Shown here piece after piece: positions 26,343 through 40,064 of a DNA stretch of 64,000 bases. Where the stretch lies: the NCBI GenBank assembly GCA_973895155.1, contig OZ316892.1, forward strand, positions 30,014,932-30,078,931. The letters run 5' to 3'. The notes under the pieces are model-generated. The model made no database searches. It was not told the DNA's origin and saw only the letters and a list, made by a program, of their open reading frames with translations. Origin of the DNA: Marsupella aquatica (lineage: Eukaryota > Plantae > Marchantiophyta). Made by a program: the position numbers and the translations under genes. The number at the start of each line of letters is the position of its first letter. Positions within the stretch are counted from its first letter, which is position 1.

Positions 26343-28702
26343 TTTTCAACCACCTGAAGACATTCGAGATTCGATCCAGTGGTATGCAGTCATGCAGAGC
26401 CATACCCCTGTCAGTGCATGTCTTTCATTAGTGTTCTTACTTTTATTAGAATTTGCAAACTTCCACAGTAAATGTTCATAATCTTAATTAAAAAGAGGCG
26501 CGGACGGTACTTGGTCAATAATTGCCCCGCGGGCTCACTTACGCGCTGGACGTTGCTTCACCACCAAATTTCGCGAACTATAACCTTAAAAAAATAGTAA
26601 AAACGTGAACTGAATATCCTACACAATAAATATCAACCCCTCACTTTGTTGTCCTTGTTCCTTGTTGTCTTTTGGTTGGGACCCCTTGGCTTGTTTCTCT
26701 TGGGTTACTTTTCCTCCCCGTCATGGGGTTAGATAATGTCTCCCGATTAGAGTTTTTGTTACCTTGTACAGTGTGATATATTCTCCTCTATCATCCGTTG
26801 ATATCAGTAACAAGATGCAAATGAATCGTGGCCACTCATTTTATGAGATTTTTAATGATGGGCGGATTCTCTAAAAATCTGCTCTCCCTCCACCTCCAGT
26901 CCACGGGGATGGGATGGGAAGGAGATAAAGGGGACGGAAAGGACTAAAACAGAAAAGAAAAGAAAAAACCTTGTCTGTCTATGTAGTATTGTGTGACCTG
27001 GAACCTGCAAAGTAGTCACCATTGTCTTGTGTGCTTTTGTGTTCCCTCTCATGAGACTCTTCCTTGCATCACCTGTACTTCTTTACCTCATCCCTAACAT
27101 TTTTTGTAGAACTTATTGGCATTGGGCTTGTCAACATAATTATTCAATTTGCTATCGAACTCTTGTTCATTATTTATTTTCAGGAGTTGAACTCCATAAT
27201 TTATCTGGTACCAAAAAACATTTTATATTTTGACAATGCTTGTGAGTATCTACCTGCATTGGGTGTCTGGGTACGATAACCCTTCTTGAGGATACCCACT
27301 GGTTTTAGGGCTAGTCCAACAAACAACAATACTCAACAATCTCTTCCTCAACCCATAAATAAGTTTTCTTTTTTTCAGGAGTGAATTTTCTTCCTTTTAA
27401 AACATTAACCACTGTTTGAATGAACCCCACTTAAATGGAACAGGGCCAGGTCAAGAGGTATGCTTGATGGACCCCCTCCCAGAAAAACTTTTCTTGATTA
27501 GCCGCCACAAAACCATCTTTGATGAATTTGACCCCCTCGTAATGATCTGTACAGTGGTTCTTCTAAACAAATAGACTGCAAAAAGTTCCAAGTCGTCGGC
27601 AGAATCCACACACACCCTGCAGGCCGGCACAAAATGCAGGCCTCGTGAAACCCCCATGGGATCGGGAATATTGCTAAGGTAGCAATGAAATTTTGTAAAT
27701 CAATGAGCCTCAAAAAGACCTACTGGAAGCATAATGCCAAAACGTCGGATGAAGTTTATAATACGGAACGCAGTCACATGAATTTTTTCGCTTTGAAATT
27801 ACGTTAATCTTGAACTTTGGACGGCACAATAATGAGCCGCTTGTCCCAATAACAGGATTATGACCAGCCCCCTTCACCTGCGCTTAGATGAGATACAAAT
27901 CATACTAAAACCATGTCATCACTGTATGCCTTTGTAAAGTTCGTAGTTCAAATGTTTGTAATGACGGTTCACTAAATTTGGTTCTAGTATCCCAAATGTC
28001 ACTTGAGACGAACCTTTTGCAATAACAGTTTGTACTACTCATAATTAAGAGGTGTTCGAGTTTCTAAAAAAAGTTTCTCGAGGAGGCTAATCAAAGAAAG
28101 TTTTCTGGCGGGGGTCAATCCAACATAATTATCGCTCGGGCAAAGTCTGGACAAAATAATCCAGACGCGTCGGTAACTCGGTATGGTACTACTGTAAGGG
28201 ACAAGTTATTGCTATCATTCGCTACTAATGCAATTTTGAGCAATTATGAGTCCCTTTGGTTCCTTCTGCGAAACACCCCTCCTTGAACAACGGAGATGTA
28301 CCTTAACGTACCGTACATTCTAGTACGATGTTGTGCTCCGTGTCGGCTGTAAAAAGGGTCAAACGATACCTCCAGTACCGGGGGCGTCAAAGACTCGGAT
28401 GAGTTGTACTCGACCCGATAAACATGGTGCGCTGTAAGTCTGTAACTTACAGTGTCTTACTTTACAGTGTCTTACTTTGCAATAACAGAGAATATAGCAA
28501 GAATATCGCCGACGCACTGTAAGGTGCCTCGAAAAGAAGACGATGATATACTTATTCGTATTTGGCCTTCATTCGTATTGAGTAAATGTTTTACACAACC
28601 ACATCAAATTGCCACAAGAGCTACGGTTGAATCCGAGTCTGATTGGAGTACATAAAACCAATTGGTTTAGGTCAGTTGGCTAGGGGATTGTTGAAAACAT
28701 AA

Positions 28703-29138
28703 AACCAAATTGGCTTAGATCAATTGGCTACTTAGGAGATTTGCCTGGAATTGAGATGTCCCAGGTTCAATCCCCCCTCCACACTTGACTTTTTCTTCTC
28801 CGGCCCTCTTCCCCTGGGCGGATTGTTTCTTTGGTCGCAATGAATAAAGTTCTTGGGCTTGTCCCCGTTCCCCCCCCCCTCCACACACTCGGGTGTGGAA
28901 GATATATGTGGGTGGGATGGGTTTTGTGGGTAGTAGATTGGAGTTCTTATTATCTGTTTGGCCCCAGGTTGCTCACGTTGTGGCCCTGATTTAATCCTCT
29001 CTCCTTCCTAGTGCGGTTCCCTGTTGGATTTCATTGGGGCTCACCCTGGTCTGGGTTCCCTACAGAAATAGTGTCACATTGGGGTGGGGGGAGTCTAATT
29101 GTATTTCCTCCCCATTTTCGTTCAAGACAAAAAAAGAA
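28703..29138 (+). mobile_element. Probable tRNA-derived SINE
   Basis: A-box-like TGGCTTAGATCAATTGG, B-box GGTTCAATCCC, A-rich tail TTCAAGACAAAAAAA, imperfect flanking repeat TTGAA(A/G)ACATAA. Confidence 0.5.
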
Positions 29139-29529
29139 TATTGAAGACATAATGATGAATGCCTTCTAGCCTTCATAGTTGGAACCTTTAGGGAAATTTA
29201 ACACGCTAGCCCTTCAACAATGTTAGTTAGGAACATAACTTTAGGTGGGAACCCGCCCTAAGGGGATAGGTTGGGACATACAAGATGGGTCTAGATGATC
29301 CATGTTATCAATACAAACCATTGAACTCTGGCTAATGGGATTGGTGGCTAGGTGGGAAACTGGAAGGGGAGACACAAAAACTATTGAATTTTTGCCAAAC
29401 GTGACAAAGACCTTGTAGAATCTAGCAAATTTGTGCCACTACAAAAATATGTTGGTCTGGTTCTTTGTGGTTGGTAGTATTACATTGCAGGCCCGATTGC
29501 AGGCATGAGCAAACACAATATTAAGACAA

Positions 29530-30450
29530 TGCTGGTAATTTTTTGACTAGCACTAAAACTCTAGGATCGAAACAGACCTCTTAAAACATCCAACACATAG
29601 CACACAAGCACACTGACACCAAGATATGTGATTCACCCCGTCCGAGCTACGTACACAAAATGTACATATCATCATAGCTCCATGGTCCATCTTCTCTCAC
29701 CCACAAAGTCTACAACAAGTATTTTCCCTCCATGGGATACAAATTGGGAAAGCTTCTCGAAGAAGCCTTCTGAGTCACTCAAGGTTAAAGCATAGCTGTC
29801 CAATCGTCCATAGTGGCTTTCGTCATCCACTACCAAATTCTCAGAAGATATTCCCAAAAGTAATTATGTGTGTTTTCTTTCCCGCCATTTGGAATTGCCA
29901 TTGGTAATGGGTGATTTTGGGTGGGTTCTGGCCCTGGGTTTGCTACTGTTAACAAGCCCGTGATTTAGATCCTGAAGGTTTGAACCGTGCAGTTTGGTGG
30001 TTGTGAACTGTGTTGGTGAGACCGCAACATAAAGTAAGATGCACCTGCTGCAGCCTGGTCCCGGTAGTCGTTCAGAAACAACAAAAGGGACTAAACGATG
30101 ACTACTCATTGTGAATCTGGTGACTCCTAGAAGTGAATGTACTTTCCTCTACTCAATCTAAGTCATCATCACAATAAGCAGGGCCTAGTTAAAACAAGAC
30201 AAAGTATGGCAAACCAAAGTATTGGCAAGAAAGTATTTCTGACAAATACATCTTGGGTCCATTTTTGGGCCCCCATCACAACTACTGAACTAAAGTTCAG
30301 CCCAAAAACAACAGTTAAAATCTTTGATTAATTTGTACTATTAACTCCAATCAATAAGTACTAAGTATTGTTAGAACTCCAATGAACCCAACTCCTCTGA
30401 GTTCCTTGAGAACTCTAGGTAACTACATTTCTCATTGTAGTAAATTTTCA
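29530..30450 (-). mobile_element. LTR-like remnant
   Basis: Contains the ACGTAGC...GGTGAATCAC..TCTTGGTGTC motif also seen in the solo LTRs of this window; termini and TSD not resolved. Confidence 0.35.
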
Positions 30451-31525
30451 TTTCACATCAATGTCATTTTTGAGACATGCTTTGATATCAATTGTTAACT
30501 TAAAACAAAAGTGACAACCTTTACATTGGAACACAAGTTTCTTGATTGCTCTGCAAATCATCCCAAGACAATTGGGGGTAGGATTGGGGGCTCAATGCCT
30601 TTGGTTTTGCAGGACTCTGCGGTCAGGCCTGGCGCATGAAGGGGTAACGGCATGTTTCTCTCGCTCACTGATTTGGTGGGAGGTGTCAGGTTGTGAAGGG
30701 TTCACTTGAGAGTTGGGCCTAAGGTGCATCAGAGTTGAAAGTGCATAAAAAAGATAAGGAATTTTTTTCCCAATTTTTGTTGCCTCATCTCTCTTTGCGT
30801 TTAAGCATAGGGTAATCACGCTAGTAGGGAAAAAAGGGAAGAACGGGACGCCATGCAGTTAGACAGGTTGCACTCTGGAGTGTGCACTTAGTGAGAGACA
30901 ACTGTACTCATTACACATCGGGGTTTCCTTTCAGAGGCGTTACTTAGTGTGACTGCACAGTCTGGTGAGTGGAGTTTTGGGAGGCGTTTGTTTTCAACTT
31001 GGATCCTTCGTGCGCCTCGCATGGACTTCCACTCGCACGGAGTTTTTCCTACGCTCTAAAGTGTTCATGGATTCCGTGATTGCTACTTCTGAACTCGGCA
31101 AGTGGGGCTGTTGTGTATTTTGAGGGAAGAGGAATGCCTGGGCAGACATTACTCTTCGCTAGCTGGGATTTTCATCTTTGGTTGTAGGATCTGCAATTTG
31201 CATCGGTGTGGTGACGAAGGAGGGACCTCTCTGAAAAACCTTGGATAGGGACCGAAATTGTTTCCAAATTTGGTGATGTTTTATTTCATAGGGATGCTGA
31301 TTGCAAACTACCCGTAGTCTCCCCACTAATACGAAGCAAGCATCACTAAATGGCCAATTCGTGCTAGCATGGCCAAAGGGTCCTTTCTCTCGGCTTCGTC
31401 TCCATTCCCGAGACGGGAACAGAGCTGACTCGATCTAAATTTTGTTTGGCCAGTTGTGAATAATGTTGTATGCATGTGATGTTGGACTGCGATGTGAGGA
31501 TTTTCGACCGAATGACCTTGATTAC

Positions 31526-32280
31526 GATTCTCAACCAAGACTGCTGATTGCAGAGTCATCCACCATATTCCCTGGTAATCGGTATTGGCACAAGCCGTTA
31601 TTTGGGTACAACGTCTTCAGGTAACAAGACGGAATGAGCAATTTCATGATGACTGTACCTACTTCTAATAACAAAACCCGTGTTCCAGCAGTACAATGTG
31701 ATACCAGTAATTGCATGAATTTCTGTATACGAGACTCAGGTGATGAATAGTTAAATTATGAGTTTGATTTGTTTTGCTAAAATCTGCGTCTCCAAGTAGC
31801 ATGGACACATCTCCAAGGATTTATGTCATGTCTGTCCAATCTCAATGGATTCCATAGAGGCAGCGTGAGCGATGCTAAATAGGCTCTATTTACGAGTTGG
31901 AGCCTCATTTCGAACAGTAACCTTTAAAATAATAAGAACCTGAGATCTTTAAGCCAGGTTGTGATGTAACCGAGAAGGGTTGGCCTGTCAAGGTGCCGTA
32001 AGAGTCCATCTTATCAACAAACCAAGAGTAATATGTGTCTGTAATAGATGAAGCTCGTCGGCGGCTGTTGGATAGGATTTTGGCTCATCCGAACAAGCTC
32101 ATTACTTTGAGCTACCTGGATAACCATTTCACAATTATCTCGGTATTCTATTGGAAGATTATTGCAACCTTGACAGACATGCAGTTGAAACCAAGTGATT
32201 TCACTTTTGCAAGTCATCCTTACCAAAGATCGCAGCAGAGCAAGGTAGACAAGAAAGTACAATCTTTGGACTGAGGTAGA
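31526..32280 (+). repeat. Diverged third copy of the PPR genes' upstream leader (putative exons 31554-31620 and 32177-32275)
   Basis: Co-linear similarity to 60590-61440 (+) and 40280-41165 (-), including TTGCAG|AG...TTCAG|GT and TTGACAG|A...GAG|GT junctions. Confidence 0.75.
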
Positions 32281-32283
32281 CAG

Positions 32284-33960
32284 ATGGAGATACAAATCTT
32301 TGATACATCATCCCCTCATCCCCTCTCAAGCAGTCGTTTTCTGGACCTCAGTTCTTATACGGACTTTGCCCATTCTATCAGCTCTGTTCCTTCGCATCTC
32401 TCTGTGGTGGGTTTACCTGCTGGGCCCAGACCAGGTGGACAAGAACGTGTTGCTGCCGATGCTAGTATTGCAGCTTTTACGGATTAAAAGGATACAATTG
32501 TTGCTGTGCAATTAAGGTTGCCTAAAGTTGTTACGGGCCACGATTATAATCTGGTTGATACAGTAGAGAAAACTTCCTCCCCTGTTGACGGACTTGGGCG
32601 TGTCTCTTCATCACCACCAACATACAAATTGGGGGTCAAAGTTGGACCAACTGCTGTTTTAAGAGATAATGTATTTGGAGTAGACCGGTTGTCATAGTAG
32701 GAGTGCCTGCGTTCGCCAAAGGGCATGAAGGTGAAATTGCTTCTCCTACTGCTTTGTGAGAAGATGATGTCATAGGCTTATATGATGTCTACGTAAAGTC
32801 CACTGTTCTTATGCTGGTCTCCATTATGCTGGCCCGCAGAAGTATTTCTCATTGCATCGAGTTCCTGCAACCAAACAAGTTTTGGTGAGGCCAACCTTGA
32901 AAGGATAACAAAGGTCTCCATCATGCTGGCCAGAAAACTGTTATAATGCATTGTAGTCTAGTTCCTGCAAGCCGAAGAGTTTGGTGATTGAGGCCGATCT
33001 TGAAAGGAGAGCAGATGATCATGTCGGATATGCAATCTGAAACCCGTTTTTCCAGCGGGAAGTTGACGATGGATCATACTTGGAGTTTTCGTCCTCGATG
33101 GTAAAGACGAACAGTAGTGTATCTTTTGCAACTCCCTCACTATTGCCTTTGATTCAAATAGTCACAATCATTTCGTATGGAGCTGTCGCGGTCCCCTAAA
33201 ATTGTTGCTAACCTGGTTGGGACGCTTTCCGTCGGCCCAAAGTATCTTCACAATGCAATATCTGGATCTAATTCTTGTCAGGAACTTTTCATTGATGATG
33301 ATCTTGACAGAGACCATCAGCACCTTCCGCTGGAGTCTACCAGCACCTTTGGAGACCCTACTTTCGCTGGAAAGCTACAGAGGTATGCTCGAAAAGTTTT
33401 CAGGCTAGTAAATGAAGGGAAGCACTCCGTGGCTTATGACCGGATGAGTGTTGTCAGTATGCATAATCTGACAATCTGCCTCAAATGTTATTGCGGACGA
33501 TCTCACAAAGGCGAGAACATTATCACCTCCGTCGAGCGTCCCTGCTGAGAGCCAGAACATTCCACTGTCCATTACGGCTGTCTAATCACGAGCAACGAGA
33601 TACTTGGCGGTAGAAGAGGGGTTGTAGACGAGGCGCGGAAATGGCTGTATAGCTTCATTTAAGGTGCTGTTCTTTCAAAATTTGCATCACATCCGTCTGA
33701 ATTTAAAATAGCTCCACAATGAATCAGAACCGGGTTCTGCTACCGAAATTAGTGGGGACGATCCCAAAATGAAATCGATATCACCTCGGCGTATGGAATC
33801 TACCTTCCTAGAGAGCAGATGAGAATTCTAGATTTGGTATCAAATGATGAAAGGAAAAAGCAGACATCACTTGACATCATGAGTTCCAACTTTTTGCAGA
33901 ACAGTCCCGTTCCATCCATTCTACAGTTTTGCTGGCACAGTGAGAGGACAATCCATGACG
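32284..33960 (+). pseudogene. Decayed ORF of unknown family following the leader copy
   Basis: In-frame ORF pieces 32284-32487 and 32506-32697, plus 33177-33548; no recognisable domain. Confidence 0.3.
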
Positions 33961-34944
33961 AGTTAAGAAAGACTTAATATACTAAGATTCATGATTCCCT
34001 ACCATGTTGATAAATTACAATTAGAGTAAAAAGGCACTGTGCAGCAGTACTGAGATATCGTTCAAGCAGATAGCTGGCAAGATTCGCTACCAATTGAAAT
34101 GACTAAGCACTCACCCAACACTATGTATTGCAAGTTTGTTGCAACTGTAAACGTTATCATACATGGCAAGAACTTGATAAGAGGTAACAATACTAGCAGT
34201 TCATAGTTGAAGGGACTGGGAATGAACATTTGCACAAACGAATTTTCCATTGCTACTTCCATGCCCAACACCATCGAACGAATGCTTAAACTTCATACTT
34301 CTGGCTATAATTAAAGTAATTTGCACCTGATACTTGGCTTTGAGCTCTTGTAACCCCAACTTTCCAAAAGACACATGTTTCTTAACTGTTGGCAATGCTT
34401 GTCTCGCTACTGATAATATAGAGGTCCTGTGTTTTCTTGTACAGGGAAGCTCGGGTGCGGTTGTGGTCATCTACAAGCTGCTGTAAGGCTAGCTGATTGA
34501 TGTTTATCAATCAGCTAGCCGAGTATATCATCCTCCACCAAATCTGCTCTACCAATTTGTGAGATAGAGTTGGTTTGAGATGACACCTTCTGTATTGTCC
34601 ATGACTGCTCTAGTGGGCTGATGGAGTCTTTTGTGTCTATGGATACTTCTGGGCAGGTAATTAAGTACCCCTCACGGACCTTTGAGAATGCTGCAGTCCC
34701 TAAGTGAATATATTCCTCTAAACGCCTCTAATTCAAACATTTCAAGCTTCAAAAGCCCAACTTCCATTAACTCCATTCAACTGCTCTGACGTTTTTAAAT
34801 GGCAAATCGATAGTTGCTTCACCCTTTTTATTACCACAAACGTTACAGAGTCATCTGTGGTGGTACACTGTGGAGTTCACTTAGCCTTTCACGCCTGAAG
34901 CAACACAAATTTCCTAATGGAAGGTAGATTTAAGAGTTAAGGAT

Positions 34945-35320
34945 TGATGTGAAAATGTAAATTGATGACCGAACCAAGAGCCTCAGTTTCATCCAAAATG
35001 TATCAAAATTATCCAAAAATTCGAGATTGAAAATATCCTGTGTGGATACAAAAACCTGGATTACCTTCACTCAAAGTAGAGCTTAAAATCTACAACCTCG
35101 ATTGCACCCGGCTCACCAAGAACCTCAGAAAGCTCTCTCAAATTCCTGGTAAGTGTTCCTCTAACATTAACTCTTTTTAAATCCGTATTTCTTTCTCTCA
35201 TAAAAACAAGTCCGTTTTGGTGCTTCCAAGGTCGACGACTTTAAGCCACCCGTCCCTATCCTTCTCCTGTTGCATGCATTCTTTGCAATAGTAAGCTCTC
35301 CATTTATAAGTATTGCATCA
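34945..35320. mobile_element. Probable old solo LTR (376 bp)
   Basis: TGATGTGA...TTGCATCA ends; flanks AGGAT / AGTAT (5-bp TSD with one mismatch). Confidence 0.5.
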
Positions 35321-35459
35321 AGTATTCTCAGAGTTTGGAGATAACTACACATTGTTCAATGTGCACGACACTACTAAGAAATTGGAGTTGACCCATGTAC
35401 ATTATGAGGCCAGTATTGCGCGTCGATTGTGATCCAGGTATCAGGTTGCTACCCCTACA

Positions 35460-35732
35460 TTGGCCACTCCTTCCCATGTGCCACAATATGGTTCCAAGCT
35501 CGGTTCCAAGCCCAAGTCAACACATACAGTTGCATTCATGTTGTCATCTTGCAATTATTGTGGTAACCCTAATCACAAGGCTAATGAATGTGACATTGTT
35601 GCCGAAGACTTGTCTTGGGATTTTTGTGGGAAAGTGGACCACTTGGAAGCACCTGAAAATCAACAAGAAAGATATGCCCTAAGTAAGCAAAGTCTTGGCG
35701 TCACACTAACAAGCGCCTTGAATCGCTATTGA
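35460..35732 (+). pseudogene. Gag-like zinc-knuckle remnant
   Basis: CNYCGNPNHKANEC followed by a degenerate second knuckle (DFCGKVDH). Confidence 0.45.
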
Positions 35733-36223
35733 CAGAGCTCAAGCAATGCTCATCGGTTCCGTACAAAGGATTCACACAGTGAGTCGTTAGATGCTCCTAA
35801 CCGATCTTGGCATCCCGTCGATTTTTTATTCCATTTCAGTACACTTGTTTCTCTTACGTCTTTTATATACAGAGGTTTACACCTCCATTACATACATTAT
35901 TGTTTCTTGGCACTTGTAAATGTGATGGGACTTTTTCTATGCATGTTGGTTGTTACCGGATTGCACATATGCATTGCCCATGACTTGTATATTTTTGATG
36001 CACTATGATTACGATACTATATGTCACGATAAGTTACCTTTGATGCTAGTGGAGTTTGATAGTCTGAACATCAGTGTGACGGGAGCTTTTAGATTTTCAA
36101 GAAAATGGTGTGGGAGTTTGAGAGACTTGGTGCATTGTGACTCATGTTCAATACTAGCCGCAAAGGTCCGGAAGGCCACAAAAGTAGTTGGGAGGTCCAG
36201 AAGGCAGCAAGGCCGCAAAGCTG

Positions 36224-36740
36224 TTAGAAAGGCGGCAACAAAGATGTTAGGAAGCTTGTTAACTTAAATCCGCTTTGGAGGTTGCCTTGCAGGAAGGATG
36301 GAGAGCGTTTAGTAGGGATTTGACTTGGGGTGAGTAGTGATTGCCGGCCAGATTGCAGACCAGAATTTGGATTCCCAAAACTGCCAGATGATTTATTTGA
36401 CTGTGGCTGTGTTTGTTGAGCACCACCTCCAGAGCCCGATGGCCCACCTCCATTGTGTGATGTCTGAGAGAGGAGAGACGTCGTTAGATCTACTATGTAC
36501 CACCAATCCTTCTCTCTCATGATTTGCTCTACATGAAAGGCCCAAACAATATATTAGTCTTACTAGTCCATTGCTATCTGAGAGAATGTGATCATTGTTG
36601 CGTCTGCAGAAGGCATCTTAAAGTGTGCAGTGCAGATTTCAGAGTTATGGCTCTAATACCATGAGTGTGTAAATTCTTTGTGAATTGATGAAGAAGACAT
36701 CCGTGAAATGGGAGTTAAACACAGATCCAAACCGTGACTA
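36224..36740 (-). mobile_element. Truncated Copia 5' end (LTR end, PBS, gag start)
   Basis: Minus strand ...CACTCA TGGTATTAGAGCC (PBS-like, ~36649-36661), then gag N-terminal motif NYIVWAFHVEQIMREKDWWYIVD. Confidence 0.65.
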
Positions 36741-37517
36741 GACCAATGATTGGCTTGGATAGGGATAGATTACAGATGACTCATTAAGCTTACCTAGCCG
36801 TCTTCTTAATTTTATCTTCTTCTTTTCTTTTTCCTTTTTTCGGCGGGGAAGACCAGGAAAGGCCATCAAATTAAATGCACCCCAACAGGGGCAGCAGGGC
36901 ATAACACCCAGAGCACAACTAAGGCCAACCACAGGCCAGGGGACATGACCCAAACCGGCCAGAACCAGAGAAAGAAAAGAACACATGCTATGCACTCAAG
37001 GGAGCCCTGCATGTCCAGCGTATCACATCCACCCGGCAGGGCATCCCATCCTATCCAACAGAACCATGCATCAGTGCGAAAGGCACCACGAGGTTGAGAA
37101 CCTAGTTCCGCCCCTCGGTAGCCAACGTATCCTAATCTTTATGCCCTTGATTTTACCGTCTCCTCTCGGCAAAGTGAGTTCCCTTCGTGTACCATGTTCA
37201 TGGCAAGGCAGCTACTGTATGCAAACCCTGCTCCTAATCTGAAGACCAAATTTGAAGAGGATATCAAAAGAGCTTTCTACGTATCAAGCCAAGCGCTTGA
37301 TTTCACGCATCTATAATTTCGACTCTTAACAATATCCTCCGGTAACATTTCTCTTACGTGAAATAATCTTTCAGCCAAAGTGGGCTAGTTACAACCCCAA
37401 CTTGCAGAATTCATGTTACTGAATTGCAGCAACGACAACCTCATGGTATCTGCGCTGCCAGTGAGTACTGCTTTAGAGTCACTTTCCAGCCAGCCAAACC
37501 CAACTTTCAATCTGGGT

Positions 37518-40064
37518 TCACCAGTAGTCACCACAAGAACACATTCCATCTTTAAAATGGTGGAACCGATTTGCATCCCTCGCAATAATTTCGCGTCCGG
37601 TCACCTTAGAGATATACTTGGTTGCTGAGTGGCAATCTGAACACACCCGAAGGTTCTTACTTATTCGAATTGGTTCTCCCCACGGTAGGTGCATAAGTCC
37701 GTAAACAATAGCCAGCTTCTCACTATGACAGCAAAGAGCTAGCTCTTTATCCTCCTCATTGATATCATGCAACACAAGCCGGGTATCCGGAATGTAGCCT
37801 TCAGCCTTCAGTTTTTTACTCAATTTTTTCAGCTCAGTATATATCGCTTCCGCTTCTGGGTGAGATGTATCCCCCACAACAAATTTATGGATCTTGTTAT
37901 GAACTTCAATCCAGCTACGCCCTGCCTCCTTCCGAACACCTCTCTCTTGCATCAGAGTGCGCACAGATGACACCTTCTCCCACTTCCCTGCTGCAGCATA
38001 GATATTGGAGAGCAGCACATATGTAGAAGCCTTACCGGGTTTCAACTTGAAAAGCTCTTTAGCGACCAGTTCGCCCAGCTCCACATTACCGTAAGTTCTA
38101 CAAGCCCCAAGCAAGGCCGTCCAAGTTACATCATTTGGTTCGATCGGCATCTCACTGATGAACTGCTTTGCTTCCTCCAAGTGTCCCGCCCGCCCAAGAA
38201 TATCCACCATGAGGTTATAGTGAACAACAGTACGCTCGATACCATAATCTTGCGTCATAGCTGAAAAGATTCTACGGCCATCATCAACAAGACCACCATG
38301 AGAACAGGCTGACAACACAGCTATGAATGACGTCTCGATGGGCTTCACATGGTCTGCAATCATTTTTCTGAAAAGTTCCAGGGCTTCATGCCCATGTCCG
38401 TGTTGTCCAAGTCCACCAATCATTATGTTCCATGTGACTACATGGGGTTTCTTGATACTCTTAAATACCAGTCGGGCGTCAGCTATACAGCCACTCTCTG
38501 CATACATGTGAACCAGTGCACTGCCCACACGCACATCTGACTCCAGTCCCGCTTTGCGAGCATGGCCATGAACTTCCTTCACCCATTCCAAAGCCCCCTC
38601 ACTTGCAGATGCATTCAGGATGCTCACGTAAGTGATTGCATTTGGTTCGAAGCCTTCACGTCTCATTCGGAGAAACAGTCGATATGCTTCATGCCCAAAT
38701 CCATGTTGTGCAAGTCCACCGATCATTACAGTCCATGTGACTACATCGCGTTTCCCCATTCTGTCAAAAGCAAGTCGGGCGTCATCTATACTGCCACTCT
38801 CTGCATACATGTGAACCAGAGCATTGCCTACACGCAAATCTAACTCCATTCCTGCTTTGCTAGCGTGGCCATGAACCTCCTTCACCCACTCCAAAGCCCC
38901 CTCACTTGCAGATGCATTCAGGATGTTCAGATAAGTGATTGCATTTGGTCTGAAGCCTTCACGTCTCATTTGAAGAAACAGTCGATATGCTTCATGCCCA
39001 CATCCATGTTGTGCAAGTCCACCGATCATTACATTCCATGTCACTACATCACGTTTCTCCATTCGTTCAAAAACTTGTCGGGCATTATCTATACTGCGAC
39101 TCTCTGCATACATGTGAACCAGTGCATTGCCTACACGCAAATCCGACTCCAGTCCGGCTTTGCGAGCGTGGCCATGAACTTCCTTCAACCACTCCGAAGG
39201 CTCTTCGCATGCAGACGCATTGAGAATACTCGCATACGTAAATGCATCTGGTTCGAAGCCTTCACGTCTCATTTGGAGAAACAGTTGATATGCTTCCACA
39301 CCATCACCACGTACTGCATATGCTCCAATCATAACATTCCATGACATGAGGTCTCGATTGGTCAACTTATCAAAAACTATCCTTGCTTTGGTGATGCACC
39401 CACATTTTGCGTACATGAGCAGGAGGGCAGTCCCTACACGCACGTCCGATTCAAAGCCGGCATGTCGAATACGCTCATGAATTTCTTCTCCGCGTGTTAG
39501 AGCTAATGGGCTGGCACATCCTTTCAGGATGCTCAAATATGTGATCTCATTAGGCTGCACACCTTCTTGGCGCATTTGATTACATAGTTCCGATACACAT
39601 TCAGCATCATCACTATTAGCATATCCTGCTATCATCGCGGTCCAAGTAATGACACTCTTCTTCTCAAGTTGATCAAAAACGCGACGTGCATCTAACAATC
39701 CTCCGCATTTTATATACACATTTAAGAGCGTGATTGCCACATACGGATTTTTATCCATTCCACTTTCGATGATGCAATTATGAATTTGCTTGGCTGCCGA
39801 AAGGTCTTTGTGTTGCAAGCACATTTGCAGAACTTTAACATATGTGGACGAGTCTATAGTAACGCCTCGCTGTAGACGATCTTTCAAAACAGCAATTGTT
39901 TCATGCATATGCCTACTGCCATTTCGTTTTGCAGTGACTTGAGACCGATCTCTCGTGCCATAACTAACATGAGATTGACATCTGCAGTGAGTAATCAAAT
40001 TCGCCCTAGCCTTTTCCCAAGCTGCAGTTGACCACCCATCCACCCCAAGTACTTTCCTTGTCAT
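37518..40064 (-). CDS. PLS-class PPR protein with E1/E2 and DYW deaminase domain (organellar C-to-U editing factor), 848 aa, intronless CDS
   Basis: 17 P/L/S motifs, KEAGRSWIEV (PG-box variant), HSEKLA, LRVCSDCH, RFHHFKDGMCSCGDYW; N-terminal extension consistent with a targeting peptide. Confidence 0.96.
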   Translation of the reverse strand: MTRKVLGVDGWSTAAWEKARANLITHCRCQSHVSYGTRDRSQVTAKRNGSRHMHETIAVLKDRLQRGVTIDSSTYVKVLQMCLQHKDLSAAKQIHNCIIESGMDKNPYVAITLLNVYIKCGGLLDARRVFDQLEKKSVITWTAMIAGYANSDDAECVSELCNQMRQEGVQPNEITYLSILKGCASPLALTRGEEIHERIRHAGFESDVRVGTALLLMYAKCGCITKARIVFDKLTNRDLMSWNVMIGAYAVRGDGVEAYQLFLQMRREGFEPDAFTYASILNASACEEPSEWLKEVHGHARKAGLESDLRVGNALVHMYAESRSIDNARQVFERMEKRDVVTWNVMIGGLAQHGCGHEAYRLFLQMRREGFRPNAITYLNILNASASEGALEWVKEVHGHASKAGMELDLRVGNALVHMYAESGSIDDARLAFDRMGKRDVVTWTVMIGGLAQHGFGHEAYRLFLRMRREGFEPNAITYVSILNASASEGALEWVKEVHGHARKAGLESDVRVGSALVHMYAESGCIADARLVFKSIKKPHVVTWNIMIGGLGQHGHGHEALELFRKMIADHVKPIETSFIAVLSACSHGGLVDDGRRIFSAMTQDYGIERTVVHYNLMVDILGRAGHLEEAKQFISEMPIEPNDVTWTALLGACRTYGNVELGELVAKELFKLKPGKASTYVLLSNIYAAAGKWEKVSSVRTLMQERGVRKEAGRSWIEVHNKIHKFVVGDTSHPEAEAIYTELKKLSKKLKAEGYIPDTRLVLHDINEEDKELALCCHSEKLAIVYGLMHLPWGEPIRISKNLRVCSDCHSATKYISKVTGREIIARDANRFHHFKDGMCSCGDYW

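Noticed and set aside
28710-28776. tRNA gene
   Set aside because: A/B boxes are present but I could not fold a cloverleaf; the downstream body and A-tail fit a SINE.
37518-37930. Reverse (U-to-C) DYW:KP-type editing domain
   Set aside because: It has GRSWIEV, HSEKLA and a DYW end, typical of C-to-U factors; no KPA/HAE signature.
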